Assembly: GCF_030463535.1 (NCBI RefSeq)
Contig: NC_132885.1
Location: 19,729,786 to 19,793,785, forward strand
Length of the DNA: 64,000 bases
Origin: Salminus brasiliensis
Taxonomy: Eukaryota
Direction of reading: 5' to 3'
Made by a program: the position numbers and the translations under genes. Under the pieces are notes generated by a model. It worked only from the letters and a program-made list of their open reading frames with translations. It had not been told where the DNA came from and made no database searches. Position 1 is the stretch's first letter; every line of letters starts with the position of its first letter. This document shows positions 11,990 through 25,823 of this stretch, in pieces.

Positions 11990-12200
11990 GCTGTGTGGGT
12001 GGGAATATGCAAAATCACTTGTTCTGAGACAATTATTACTGGTGTTTCGGTTGCACCGGGATGCGTTTTGGTTGTCAAATGTGTCTTAAAGAGATGCAGA
12101 TGCGTTTACGCTACTATTACTTGTGGCTCAAATGCACCTCAGACTGCCTCCTGGAGTGGTTTGAGTGATCGGATTACAACCTGTTCTAAATGAGTCTTTT
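11990..12200. repeat. Dispersed repeat, copy 2 of 2 (same family as 4005-4310)
   Basis: attactggtgtttcggttgcaccgggatgcgttttggttgtcaaatgtgtcttaaagag ... agtggtttgagtgatcggattacaacctg is collinear with copy 1. Confidence 0.45.
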
Positions 12201-14332
12201 GAGTTTTGAGGCACTTGAGTTTTATGTGGTTTTGCCAGATCCAGATATTATCCTGATACTCAAGACTCCTGAAGTGACCAGGCGTTTTCAGCAATTCAGC
12301 TGATTCCTTAAATTGTATTATAATTAAAAACGGCAGTTAAAAGGAACCGTGAAAGTCACGTTGAGCTCTTGAAGAAGACCAAGAGTTCCCTAGTCAAAAC
12401 TAGTCTTTTTTTTTACTGCAAAAGACCTTTTTAGGAGGATTTTTCACAAATATGGCCTTCAGGGAAGAGTTACATTCCTTGTGTTCCTGCGTTCTCACCA
12501 CAAAATTCAGCATCAGAAGTTTTCAAAGAAATATCTAAACAAGCCCAAAGCATTGTTAATGATTATAGATGTTTATGGCTACTGTGAGCAAAGGTATGTT
12601 TGGAAGGGGAAAAAAGGGCTGCAGAATTTCATGAAAACGAACACTTCAACTTTATGGAAAATAAATTTTGAGTTGTTACTGCTACAGGTTCAGTAACAAC
12701 TCTGCTACAGGTTCAGAATGAGCAAGTAGTGTACACGACTCTACATGCTACTCACCTACAGTCATAAATCACTATGGTGAGCAGACCAGGTGTCTGCTGA
12801 AACAGTGCTGCTTTAAGCCTTTTGCGTGTGTTTAGTATACAATACAACCCTGTGCTCTGGTGAAAGCCTGCACGCCATTAAAAGTAGCTACCTGCACCAC
12901 TGCTATGGTTGCTAAGGCTGCTAAGGCTGATCTGGTGTAGTGTGTGATATAAACATGACAGTAACAACCATGCTGTCACCTTCATATTGGAATTTTTAAT
13001 TCCACCTTAAAAGGAGCAGCAGTTACATAAAGGCAAGTGCCAGAATTCAGTCTTCTGAAGTGGCTAATGCAGAGCTACAGAGGCTGCAAATATTTACAGT
13101 AACAGTTTAATTTTGTCAGCTAAAATCAGCTAAACATACATTGACCAAATGTACCCTACTCACAGTACACATTTTCTTCTTCACCTTTTTAAAGCGTGAG
13201 CATCTCTGGAATCGTTGGCATGCTGAAGGCGTTACGCAGAGGCTGCTGTTAACCTTAGCTCACAGGCTTCATCACCACAGCAGGAGCCAGACAGGTAGAC
13301 GAGGTCTGGACCTTGGTTATTTCTGGACCCTGGTTGTGTTTTTCTCTCCCTCCCTCCTTTCTTTCTTTTTTTTATTTATTTATTATTATATTTTTTTTAA
13401 TAAATGTGGGATGCTCCTTTAGTTAATAAAGTGCTCTCTTCTCTCCATGTAATAAAAACATTTACTGTACTGTTATTTAAAACGGAATAATATTGTGTCA
13501 AAAAAAACAAACAAATTAACTTTATGGTGGTCTAGCATTTCCGTTGCAGTGCCCAGCAGCTTAAAATCTGAAAAAAAAAAATATATATATATTAATGCTG
13601 GTATTAAGCCTCTCTAGCCCATGCCTGGAATTGGGCATGGTGTCAATGGGTTCCTGTTTATCTGCTTCAGAGAGTCCTGCCCTGTTGCCAATGCTTCTCT
13701 ACAGGGACTAGACAAGCTGTGTGTGTATGCGTGTATACATATGTGTCTGCAATTGGTGCAACTTGAGGTAAGCTAATGAATGCATTTATTAGTAAGAGTG
13801 TCCACAAACATGGACATCTAGTGTAGGTATGTTTGTATGATCAACTTGAAGCATCACAGTGATCTTTCCAGTCAGCTCCACAATATTTAGCTATAGGAAT
13901 ATGTCCCACAGTTGCAATGTATATGTGAAAGAGATGAAGGATCCAGTCTGGAAGGTGAACCTGGCATAAGCAAGCCCTGGTGGTACCCCTCTGGTCTGGT
14001 TAGGAGTTTGCCAGACTGTTTGTTCACACCACAGTGTGTGTTTTTGTGTTTCTGGCTAAACTGTGAGTCAGTAAGGGTGCTTTGGTAAGTGTACAGTACT
14101 AGAGTCACTCTTGTGCATGAATAATGTATTTTGTTGCTTGGCCATCTGCTTTCACTCATGACCCAAGAAGACGAGCTCATCCTGGCCCTGAGCTCTGGAG
14201 CCAAACACAAGCGCACTGTCTGATCTCGCTCTCCCCCTGGCTGTGCTGTGGTCTGTGCCAGGCTGTGCTGGGTTGTGCCAATCACTGTGCAACCCTGGAC
14301 CAGAGTATGCCTTCTTTTAATATGGCTTACCA

Positions 14333-14400
14333 CCCCCCAACCCCCCCCCCCCCCCCCCCCCTTTTTTTTTATTTTTTATTTTTTATTTATTTTTTTTTTG
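14333..14400. repeat. C-rich then T-rich homopolymer block (C6 aa C21 T9 ...)
   Basis: ccccccaa, then 21 C, then T runs. Confidence 0.9.
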
Positions 14401-17400
14401 TCAACCATCCACAGTCATATTTTTCAGTACATGTGATCTGGCCCTATTTGCCAGTCTTCCTTTACCACAGTGTAATTCACTGCACTGCATCCTCTTTTAT
14501 GCTTGGTTGGAATGGTTTTAAGCACATTTATGGATGTCATGGTCTGGTTTGATGCGTCAAGGACTCCTTGCAGAACAAAGTGAAATTCTCTATTTAACCA
14601 GGCAGAGGAATGTATGACACCTTTTGTGGATGCTGTTTTAACCAGTATTCAGAATTAGTATGTGTCGTGCTGTGATTGGCTCAGTGTGCCAGGTGCTCTT
14701 CAGCTCTTGATGTTACCCATGGCCTCCTGTAGATCTTACTAATTGAGTCAGAGATCACACCTGCCAACCTAAAAAGAGGTTTAAGGCCCCACTGAGTGAA
14801 GGAAATGAGGCATACAGGAATTTAATGTAACACAAAAACTGGCGTAAGCTCAATCTTCTTGCCCCAGATTCTTTGAACGTTAGTCAAATAAGTCTGGTAG
14901 GTTTCACCAAATGAAAGCTCAACCCGGCACACAAATTCAGCTCATTTCCGTAAGAACGTCGGACCTCTTTGCTAGGTTCTTTTACAGGGAAGTCTGATTT
15001 TAATGGTCTATAGCACAAGATCTATTACTTCTGTCTTACAAGACTCCAGAACCACATCCGTGTGAAGTCCGTCTGGATGCAATTTCATGCCGAACACTGC
15101 TCAACTCTTAATGGCTGCAACACAGCACAACACTGTAGCAGTAGATTGAACCTGGAACCATTATTCAGATGTTCAGTGATGGTCTTAGAAGCTGCTAGGT
15201 AATATGTGTTTAGGATACAACTGTTTAGAGCTAGTTGGAATGTGCTTCAGTAGGTTAGTAAGACTAGAGATATGTTTGCTGTTTGGCCATGGGGATGTAC
15301 ATGTGCTATGTGTCTTACGTAGGCTTTCAATAGAGGGCAGACCTGAGAACTCGGGCCATAAAGAACTTTGGGATTTACATAATGTAAACATGGAGACTTG
15401 AGGAGATAAGCTGTTGTTGTTATTATTATTATTATTATTTGGCACAGTGCAGCGACAAGGACACAGCAATACTGATGTGGGTAATTGCAGATCCGGTCAC
15501 ACAGCCTTTCTTCAAGACTCTCCGCTATACGGTGCTTTCTAAACCATGGTGCATAGCTCCAGCTAAAGACTTTGTAGCTCACTGGATGAACAGCTTTAAC
15601 TAAGAATGTCACTTAACCATTATAGGCACCATTTCTTACTGTTCATACTGTTTGTTCCTATGATAAAGGCAGCCAAAGTGAACATTTAATGTACTTAAGG
15701 GTTAATATAGCCTGGACATTGCTTATTGATGTGCAGTATAGTCCCCTTAAATATATTTTTCAGGGCACAGCTGAATAATACAAGTTTGGTACCATAAGGT
15801 TTTCTTAGAGATGTATGCACATCACCACCAGACTCTGCTAGAAAAGTGGTTTCTATACGAACCAGGCCCCATGGTGACTGCACCTTTTCCTGTGCCAGTG
15901 TCCATTGAAGTATAGCTCAAACTCAGTGTGGGTGAAAGCTAAAGCCAGGGAAGCAAGGGGGTAAAGCTGATACTAGCAGACCGGCTTTTACCATCCTTCT
16001 CTTCAGTTCGCTCCCTTAAATGCAAACTGTACTACCTCAGACTAGAGCTAATCTAGTCATCTAATCATCAGAATGGGAACTGAAAATTATACATGAGATC
16101 ACTCATTGACGTGGTTTATAGAGCCACAAAATAAAGACAATGATCAAACTGTTAGTGAGTTGATTGCTAGCTTAATGAATTGGTAGGACTAGTAGGATGT
16201 TCCGATTACTTTTGTTTGCTGTCTTATTACGTTTGCTAATCGACTGTTTATTTCAGAGCAAGAGACCTTTGTTCATGCGTTTGCACCGCACTGCCACCGA
16301 GATTATTCGAGAAAAGCTCAAATCTCCATTATTACATGTAAATGTCTCTGTTTTGCATCTACCATTCATTATGCAAAGATGAAGAAATAGGGAAAGGTAA
16401 TCAGAAAGCAGCTTTGCCTAAAAGGGGAGACATGCAAGATCAGGAGAAAGGCAGAGTCTGTTTACCCTAGCTAACAAGCATTGAGAGCCATTAAAGCCGG
16501 TGCTGTCTGCTTCAAGACTGCTTAATCATTTGATACCATGAGGCATTTGCTCTCCGGAGTGCCCTCAGGTTAAGAGTGATTCAGCCAGGAACAAACAGCT
16601 GCACAGCACACCCTTTTTCAAAGATAGCAGCCACCTCCGGGGAGTAGGTGAGTCCAGTTCGGGTGTCCATGTAACAGAAATTTGAGAAGTTGACCTCGAT
16701 TGTTTCCTTGTTTATTCAAAATTAGCCAGGCGGGTTTTAGCACAAAAGAAAGGAAATTGGACCTGGTTATATAGCTACTAAACTGTATCTGTTCTCACGT
16801 CTCCTAGATCTGTGCCTATATGTTTTTAGCATGTTTGATTTTTACACACAATTTTAGTGGTTCAGTTTTTCCTGTACTGTAATAAAAGTTTTCTTTAAAA
16901 ATCGATGAACTCAAAAATGCACTACTTTTTAACTGAAGCCTAACTTCAGGAGTAAATCACCCTCAATATCTGTGACTCTTAAAACATGATGGGGCTCATT
17001 TAAGACGATAAAGTGTGTTTCACACCAGACGCGATAAACACGCCGCTTAATGCTCAGTGTGCTTCTGTGTTAGTCAGTGAAGCCCTTTACATCACATGTG
17101 CGTCATGCAGCAGTGGTACCGTGGTACCAAGTGGTTCTAGCAGTTTGTGTGCAGAAACCCTATGCATTGGCATTATTGTTTCTGCGTCTAGGCTAATAAA
17201 CTTATCCTCAAACAGCTATACAGTAGTTCACGGGTCCATGTGTAGCCTGTATTCTTATCATGGGAGAAACAGAAAGCGCTTGCCCTTCACAACGCTTATG
17301 TGCTGCATCTGCCGTGAAATGGGCTATTATAAGGAGCGGTTAGGGGAGTTCGGAGCCAGCCAATCTGAGGATTTTCACATTCATATGTCTGTCTCGGGCA

Positions 17401-18713
17401 ATCCATGGGAGAGTTGATATTTGGAAGGTTTCTGCCCACAGCTACGTAACTGTGGTAATCTATAGGTGCATCAGAACTGTTGTAGGGGGTGCGCTAAGCA
17501 GATTTGAAACCAAAAATGTATCGGCAAAAGAAAAAAAAATGGTCAGTCATGGTCAAACTACTCAAACACACTTTTTGTCCACAGGAAGAAATCCACAAGC
17601 TAGATTTGTTACAGGATTGGATTAGATTCATTCTTCTTTTTATTGTCCCTCTTTTGACATGTCCAAAATGTTCTGCTTATATTGGCCCCATGCCAAAACC
17701 CATCAATCAAAAAGTTTCAGCCAGAGTTTGAACCGGAGAGCAACTTTCACCTGTAAACCCCATAATTATAGACTTATGTGGATCTGCTGGTTGTTCAGGC
17801 ATAGTGCCGCCACTCAAGCATTTTTGTTGTTTGAGATGGAGGAAATAATTAGATTTCACCCTGAATTGAATTCATGCTTAACAAGGCATTATTGTAAACC
17901 TCATGACTGCTCCAGTTTTAATGACTTAAACAAGTTTGCCCTCACCTAGAACCACTGACTGGGTTTTCTTTTTCTTTTCTTTTTTTACTGCAGGGCTGCT
18001 TGGGAATTTTGCGGTACATTTTTTTTTTTTTCAGTTCATATAAGAGTCTGCGTAAGGCTTATGGTCTGCCATCGCCCTGTCCCCTCACGTCCTGCCTGAT
18101 ATTTGCCTTTCAAAGATGAGATGGGAGCGTAGCACTCAATTTCAAGTGCAAATTCCATATTGAGAGTAAACAGGGGAAGCAGTGAGTGATGATGGCATTT
18201 TAAAGGATTCCCCTAATAACGGAGACTGGGAGCAGGCAGTCACTGTGAAGTGGCCATCAAACTAGCAGCGGGCTGCCTAGCTGCAGTAATGACTTCTGGA
18301 GCAGGAGATTTTAAGCTGTGCTAGAGATGCGTGTTTGAGCGGGCTTGACCGGTTGGACACACCTGTGAGCCTGCGGAAGATGTTCATGGTGTTGCATTAT
18401 TCATGTTGCTCCCAAACTGCAGGTTACATTTCAAATTTGTCTTCTGTCTGGATAGCTTTTAATGGTTTTAGGATTCTTAAAATAGTTCTTGGCTTGGGTT
18501 CATGCATGGTTCTGGTTGGAGATGCACCCGTATAGGAAAATGCCAGTCTGTCAATGCAGATACTGATGCTGATGCATGAGCAGGAGTCATAAAATCTAGA
18601 AATGGTGGCTGTAACGGTCTGATTAGAGATAGATATAACGGGAATGTTGGTAGCAGGATCCAAATACAGTAAAATGAAAATCCCTGTATTTTAAGCGTAG
18701 TAGCCCAAATATG

Positions 18714-19462
18714 TAATGCATTCAGAAAGTCTTCAGACCCTTTCACTTTTTTTTTTTTTTTTTACATTTTATGTCCGGTTTCCTCCCTGCCATTCTACAC
18801 TCAATAAGCCATAATGACAAAGTAAAAACTGAATGTTATGAATTTTTACAATTTGTTTGAAAGGGAAAATCTTAAATATTGCATTGACATAAGTATTCAG
18901 ACCCTTTACTCAGTACTTAATTGAAGCACCTTTTGGCAGCAATTACAGCCTCCAGTCTTTTTGCACACCTGGATCTGGGAAGTTTCCGCCATTTTTTAAT
19001 TTTTTTTTTGGAAGTCAGGTTGCAGGGGGACTGTTGGGGGACAGCCTTTTTCAGGTCTCTCCAGAGATGTTTGATTAGGTTCAGGTCAGGGCTCTAATTG
19101 GGCCACTCAATGACATTCACAGAAGTGTCCCCAAGCCACTCCTGTGTTGTCTTGGCTGTGTGCTTTGGGTTGTTGTCTTGTCTTGTCTTGTTTCAAGGTG
19201 AACCTTTGGCCCAGTCTAAGGTCCTGTGTGCTATTGATCAGGTTTTCTCATTAAGGATATCTCCGTACTTTTGCTCCATTCAGCTTCCCTCCCTGGTTGG
19301 AATAATTATGTCCATCCAAAGATTTTCTTTTTCAATAAATTGGCAAAAAATTCTACAAATATTTCATTATTGAGGTATTGAGTTTTTAAATAATAATAAT
19401 TAATTATTATTTTAGCACAAGGCCTCAACAAAAAAATGGGTCAGACTTTCCAAATGCATTGT
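18714..19462 (-). mobile_element. Internally deleted (non-autonomous) Tc1/mariner-like element with both terminal inverted repeats
   Basis: Left end taatgcattcagaaagtcttcagaccc and right end gggtcagactttccaaatgcatt are inverted complements. The interior at 19030-19130 is the reverse complement of a transposase C-terminal motif: gagtggcccaattagagccctgacctgaacctaatcaaacatctctggaga translates to EWPN*SPDLNLIKHLW, cf. EWPSQSPDLNPIEHLW. Same family as 54090-55330. Confidence 0.6.
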
Positions 19463-19932
19463 TTACCCATAGCAGCACTGACCCGTGAAAAAATTAACAT
19501 TCGATTATCTTGCATCTGTCAAGGGGTTGGATATCCATATTAGACAAGTGAACAGTCATTTCTTGAAGTTAAAAGCAGGTATATCCGCAAACGTAAAGAT
19601 CTGCGTAGCTTTGACAAGGATTAAATTGTGATGATTGGATGTCTGGGTCAGAGCTTCTGTGTCTTGTGGGGTGTTATAGGTATGCAGTGGTCCCTACCTA
19701 CCAAATGTGCGTCAAAGGAAGCACAAATAATGAAGAAGCCCCAGAGGCATAAGTGCCCAATGCCCATTGATGCTCCTGAGGAGCGAAAGCTAGTCTGTCT
19801 GATCTGATCCCACAGAACAGCCACTGTAGCACAGGTCTCAGAACACAGACTGCATTACAGCTTGTTGCATGTGGGGCTGCGTAACAGCATACCAATCGAG
19901 GGGCCAGTGCTGACCGTTGTAAACCAAACATT

Positions 19933-19955
19933 GGGGGGGGGGGGGGGGGGGGGGG
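19933..19955. repeat. G23 homopolymer
   Basis: 23 consecutive G. Confidence 0.95.
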
Positions 19956-22900
19956 TGGAGAACTCCTTCGCAGACTTGACCTCCAAACTCCCCAGATCTT
20001 GGTTTTATCGAGCATCTGTGGGATGTTCTGACTCATCAGGGTAAACATCTGTATGATGCTGATCTTTTTTTATGTAATGCAAATGCAGACACTGATACTT
20101 CTAGGAACCAAAATTGACCCTTTTTTGACCTTGCTCCATAGAATCCTTTGTCACCAGGGTTAATTACATCCTTACTGTCTTCTACCACTCTGTGTCTTTC
20201 TAGGTTTTTTTCTGCCCTTCCTCTTCTTAGTAAGCCTTGCTGATCCTACTGTATAATGTCCATATTTGGAAGCAGCCTTTCTAACCATATAGGCCTATAT
20301 ATTGATGTGGAAAGAAATTTGAAAGCTTAGTTTTCCACCTCTGACCCTCCACCTCTTTTGTTGAACAGCGTATGCCCAATCTGGAAGTACTGGATATATT
20401 CAACCATCTGGCCTGATGTCATTCAAGCCTAGTGATGTAATGTAGAGTCTGGGCTGTGGAACTGGGCCAATGCTTGCACAGTTCTGCAGGTTTGTGTGGG
20501 TAGAGGAGATGGGTTATTATTCAGAATTAGCCTTGTTCTCAAGTGGAAGTAAGTAAGAGCCGTCTGCTCACGGTTGTGTGTTTGATTATAAAAGAGAGCC
20601 ATCTTCGTCAAAGTAGTCAAACCGTTCTTGGCTCAGTGTGTGTTAGAAGTGCCAAAGTGCGTCTGTTCCACTTTCAGTGTACTGTTGAGTTCAGATATAC
20701 TCTCACTGCAGATGGTGGAAGGCTACCGAAGGCCGTGTTTAAGGGCCTTCTATCTGAGGGAGAGTAATCCCTCTGTTTGAGGCCTGTCCTCCTTTGAGAG
20801 CATGGCCCTTATCTCCTCTCCCATTCGCTAATGGCAGCCGTGAAAACCTCAGGCTCTCCTTAACGATAAAAACAGATTTCTCCGTTTCTCTCTCTTCTCT
20901 CTGTAAAAGGCAGAAAATGAGGCTTGATCTAAGCCTAATGATTAGGCTGAGTAATGGAACTGGCTGAGACAGACTGCGTCTCCTGAGGCAAGTTGGGATA
21001 ATCGTCACTAGCTTTAAAAGGCCCTGCTGCACTCTCTGAGAGTCACATATTCTACAGACCTGTAGGACATGGTCAGATCCACAAGTATTTGAACAGTGGT
21101 GCAATTGTTTTGCATTTGGAAGCAATCAAGATTTGATTGAAGTGTAGACTTTCAATTTAAGGACTTAGGCAAAGGAATTTATTAACTGTTTAGGAATTAC
21201 AGCCACTGTTTTTATAGTGCCTCCATTTTCACAGGCGTAATTGGACAATGAACTGATGCATAACTGTCTACTGTTTCACAGCCAGGAGTGGCCTGTTCCC
21301 TTATTATTTAATCACAAATAAAGGACTGGAGCATGAAGACATGCTGTGGTTAAAGTTAATACAGTTGGTTTACCACAAGATGCAAACCACCTGATGTGCA
21401 GGGATTCTACACTTCAGGCAGTTGACTGTAAAGGATTAAATGATTAGGAATATAACTTACTTTTGCTTGTATGTAATTATTGTCCAGTTTATTTTCCATG
21501 TTCCACTTACATCTTTGTAATTTTTTAAATGGTTAATCCAGTGTTTTTGTCAAGAATCTTTATTTTAAATCCACTGAAAAATTCTTACTGTCCAAAAACT
21601 TCTAGACCTGACTGTCTTTGGGCCAGTTTAGGTGACGCACCCACTTGCTAGGACTCCCCATATCACTTGCAATGCTCCGGACACTAGGAGGATGAGGACG
21701 AGCACATACCTCCTCCTCCGATGTGAAGTCAGCCACCACCAATGCAGCATCACTTAGGTAGCCAACAGACGCCAGTGCCAGCCAGCATCACACTGGGAGT
21801 GATGAGGGGAGGAAGCAACGTCTACCCACACAGACCGAGAATTGCCAGTTGTGCTCTCTCTGGCTCCGGCTACTGATGGTGGGGCAGCATGACCTGGGAT
21901 TAGAGCTCATGATCCTCTGGCCGTAGTATCAGGGTCTTGGTCTGCTGAACTTCTTGAAGCTTCCCCCTGAGAACTTTTTTGAACAAAAGAGAATATAACA
22001 CCTAGTGTAAATTACCCCCAATCCCTCACAAACTTTATTTATTTTTTATAAAGAGACACTTGTTGATCGCTAAACATCATGATATAGTTCTTTTTTGTTT
22101 CGTTGGCAAAATAGCTCTCCTGTCTGCCTTGGGTGTCCTGGAAAAATTGGTTAATTAGCTACAGGCGGTGCTACATCTACTCATGTATGTGCCGTGCCGC
22201 GTTGTGTTTTTGATGTTAACATAAATGTTTTATGGTTGCGTGAGTCTTTTTAACGCTGATTAGCAAAGCGGATGCGAAATTTGCCGCAGGACATCTTTCG
22301 TAGAGAAGTGAGGGACAACTAATGAAATGTAAGCACGACTGCTCTGGATTGAGCTAAAGAGGGTTATTGCAGCTACAGCTTATATTTGTGTGGGCCTCAC
22401 TACATCTCTGCCAAGCTAATTGATGCAGACAGATGTTGACATGCTCCTAATTGCATGTTTGACATTATGAGCCTTGCATGAAATCACTGTGACGCTACAG
22501 TAACTCTGTATACAGTGTTCATGGAAAAGGCAAGGCGAAAAGGAGACAGTGAGAGAAGAACGAGAGGGCAGGGCTGGGCAGATTTGGAGATCAAGCCATT
22601 GCTGTGGTATGGTAGGGGGGCCCCGTTGGACCTGGACGCTTTAGTGTAATGCTGGGTGGTGTGACCGTTTACTGTCATCAGCAGAAACCCTTTGGCCTTA
22701 CCCGGCCCTTACCAGAGCCATTAGAGTCCACGTCTGTCTAATGCATCCTCATGGCATTACTGACTGCTGTTTATGATCCGACCATTTAACCTTAGCCTCC
22801 CTGCTCTCCAAAGCACATTAGCATTAGCAGCATGTGTGCGGAAGCTACTGTTTGAGCATATAAAATATGGCCACTTAGTGTAGACTACATCTTTAGTTCT

Positions 22901-23939
22901 TACACTGATTCCTGACCGCACGCATCTCAAAGAGCCTACAAGAGAAGTGCACGCCTGCTTTGCTGTATTTACAGCAATAATCTGAATGAATCTCATTGGT
23001 ATTGTTAAAGGCACATTCCACCAATATTACAGAATATCTGCATAATTAAATCATTGAGAAATCTAATCTAATCTAATTCCTCAGAAATCTTCACTGGACT
23101 TCGGCACAGTCAACAGCCCGTTAACATGTCTGGAATATCCTCAAACATGGACGAAAGGCTATTTCATTTTGTCTTGTTGAAATGCAGAGCAGTCGATTAC
23201 AGTTAACCAGGTTATTGCTATTCTTAGTGTTCCCTTACAGGCAGCACTTGAATAGCTCAGTCTTTTGTTTCCCCAATAATACAGTTGTTATAAAATGGGT
23301 TTAGTATGGGTTTAAATAGTTTGCTTCATCCTATTAACAGCTTATTCCCAGTACAACAGTCTCCCTCTTTATTTCACTACGACACACTAGCATTGGACCA
23401 TGGGGTGATGCAACGTACAATGCGACAGAATTAGAAACAGGATGTCTGCCGACACCTGAGCCAAACAGGGTGCTTGTGCAGCTCTTGCTGTTCTTGTTGT
23501 ACCAGGGTATTGATTAGTAAATTGAAAATTAAACACGATTGCTCAAGGAGGTTTTGAAAGCTTGAAGACTGATTTGGAAGTAGTTCCGCTCTTCTCTTAC
23601 CAGAGAGGTTTTCTGTTCTGAGGTTTTTGTACTCTGTGAAACACAGTAGTACACAATGGTTTGCAACAGCGTAATAATGCCTGCTTCAAGTACAACACTT
23701 TAATGAAAAAAAAAAGAAGTTAATCTTGCTCTGAAAGGCCCATTCTGTGACTGTGTAGAGCAGGCCCACTGCTAGCTACAAGCACTGTGCTCTAGTGTTC
23801 AGTTGGCCTGGTAAACAAAGTAGTCCTATTTTTTTAATGCTAATAATTGGGTTTCTTTTAAACACAGCACTATAATTATCCATCTAACAAAGGCAAGGAG
23901 GCCCAGCTGTTTCTTTTGCACAATATAAATATCGTCTCA

Positions 23940-24545
23940 TATCCAAAGTATCTCTCAGCTTGTCCAGAAATGCATGTGTAAAGCATGTTTTTTAGGTGTT
24001 GCTCAAAACACAAATTACACTTCCTGACTGAAGGGGAAGCCCAGGAGCAAGATCTACTGACTGCTGGATAGTACTGCTTTAAACCACCCTCACCCAGCTG
24101 AAAAGGTCCATCTCCAACCAGTTTCTGTAGGTGAGGTTGGAGGTTTTTGAAACTTGATACACTAAATGGCCAAATGGTTGTGGCCTTTTTTTTTTTCTTT
24201 TTTTTTCTCCCCCCTCATGAATGCATTCAACTGCTTTAGGTTGCACCAGTTGCTGACACAGATGTGCAAATGCACACACGTGTGCACACACACAGCTTGT
24301 CTAGTCTCCGTAGAGAAGTATTGACCATAGTGTAGGACTCCATGGAGCAGATAAACATGAACCTACTGGCACCATGCATTGCTAGAGTGGTATAAATCCC
24401 CCCAGCATTGTAGTAGAAAGCCTTCCCTGGACAGTAGAGCCGGTTTCTCCAGGAAAAGCAAAATACAATTGTTTTCAGAATAAACTGTGAATAAACAGCT
24501 GTCCCAATACTTTTGTCCCTGTTCTGTATGTTACCCGAGCCCAAG
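23940..24545 (+). mobile_element. Composite Tc1-like-derived repeat copy, ending in a degenerate Tc1-like 3' terminus
   Basis: Shares cagcttgtccagaaatgcatgtgtaaagcatgttttttaggtg...gggaagcccaggagcaag with 52060-52160. Shares ttgcaccagttgctgacaca...cagcttgtctagtctccgtagag with 31750-31800. Ends in cagctgtcccaatacttttgtcc. Confidence 0.5.
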
Positions 24546-25564
24546 ATGCACAATACCAAGTAGGCAAAAAAGAAAAGGTTTGTACTCCCAACACTGTTCT
24601 CTTAGATTTGTTCAAGCAGTTTAGAGGTTGATGTTCATGATTTGTTTGCATCAGAGATGTCAAACTGTATTCTGAGGCTGCATCTCCATCGAGTTTGTCC
24701 CCACACAGTCTTGTCTGTCTTGTGGCCAGTGTGGGCTTATAGCCTGAGGCAGTTGTTTGAACCGCTCTGAGATAAGTGATGTCGCCTCAGCCTATCTCTG
24801 TCCGTGCCACTGTATCCACCTGACCTCTTTTCCTTACACTCTTTCACTTCTCTTTGCTCGTGGTCTTTGTCTGATGCTCTGTCTGTTGCTCTTTGTGTGA
24901 TTTCACTTCACTTGAACACTCCCTTCCCCTCCCACAGAGCGAACGATTGTATTTACAGTGTGTTTGTTTGCGGCACTGTGTGCATGTATGATCGGATCGC
25001 GTTACTCTACCAGGGTCGATTCGCATTATGCGATCTCTCTTTGTGGTTCAGAACCCCTGCGGGAACTCCCACATATGCTTTGTATGTTCCTCAGAGTGAA
25101 GCAATGCTTGTGATGAGTTTCCCTCCTGTCTGCTTGGCTCCAGCTGTGGTGGTGGTTGTTTGTGTATGGTCGCAGTGGTTTATTTTATAATGGATTGTTC
25201 CTGATGTTGGGCTCTAGTTTATGTGTATAAAGTTGACTCACTTCCTGGCTGCTGCCTGATGGCTTTGCTTCACTTCCTCTTCGTGTGAAGGCCTATATCT
25301 GTTTGCGCTAGCTTTATGTTCTAGGCCTGCACAAGTCAGGCTGAAGGGAACAGTATTGAGTTTTTTAGTAGTACTTTTTAGAGCTATCTAAAGATTTCAT
25401 CCCAGTAAGTAAATAATTGTGTTTGCTGTAGCGGGGGCGTGATTATACCGATGACCAGGATGCTATTTGCAGGTAAATGGGGAAAGTCTGTGACATTGTG
25501 TGATGAACTATAGCACTGTTGCCTCTTATGCATGTGTGTCTCTGCTGTGCTTTTGCCTTTGCAG

Positions 25565-25823
25565 GGAAGAGGAGGAGAGCCTACGGGATAAGATCCGGGC
25601 GGATCACGAGCGGGCGCTGCAGGAGGCAAAGGAGAAGCTCCGGAAGTCCAAAGAAGAGCTGAGGGCAGAGATCCAGACAGAAAAGACCAAGGTGGCTGAG
25701 GACCTGAAAAAGAAAGAAGGACCCAAGCCTCTGCCTCCAGTGCCCATGCCCAAAGTGGTGGGGATCAATGATGGAGATCCTGGAGATCCTGATGTCAAAG
25801 AGAAACGGGACAAGATCAGAGAG
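25565..25823 (+). CDS. man1a2: man1a2 coding exon 2 (stem region)
   Basis: Acceptor tgcctttgcag at 25564. Translation (R)EEEESLRDKIRADHERALQEAKEKLRKSKEELRAEIQTEKTKVAEDLKKKEGPKPLPPVPMPKVVGINDGDPGDPDVKEKRDKIRE matches human MAN1A2 REEEERLRNKIRADHEKALEEAKEKLRKSREEIRAEIQTEKNKV...NKPLPPVPIPNLVGIRGGDPEDNDIREKREKIKE. Donor gag|GTGAGA at 25824, phase 0. Confidence 0.85.

Larger units (their letters stand above)
1717..25564 (+). other. man1a2: man1a2 intron 1 (~23.8 kb), repeat-rich
   Basis: Lies between the exon 1 donor and the acceptor ttttgcctttgcag|GG at 25563-25564. Contains SINE and Tc1-like copies and microsatellites. Confidence 0.55.

Noticed and set aside
13887-14333. 148-aa minus-strand ORF, the longest non-exonic ORF
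   Set aside because: No recognisable domain or homology. It lies in a repeat-rich intron next to a C/T homopolymer block. Its size is within expectation for random ORFs at this GC content.
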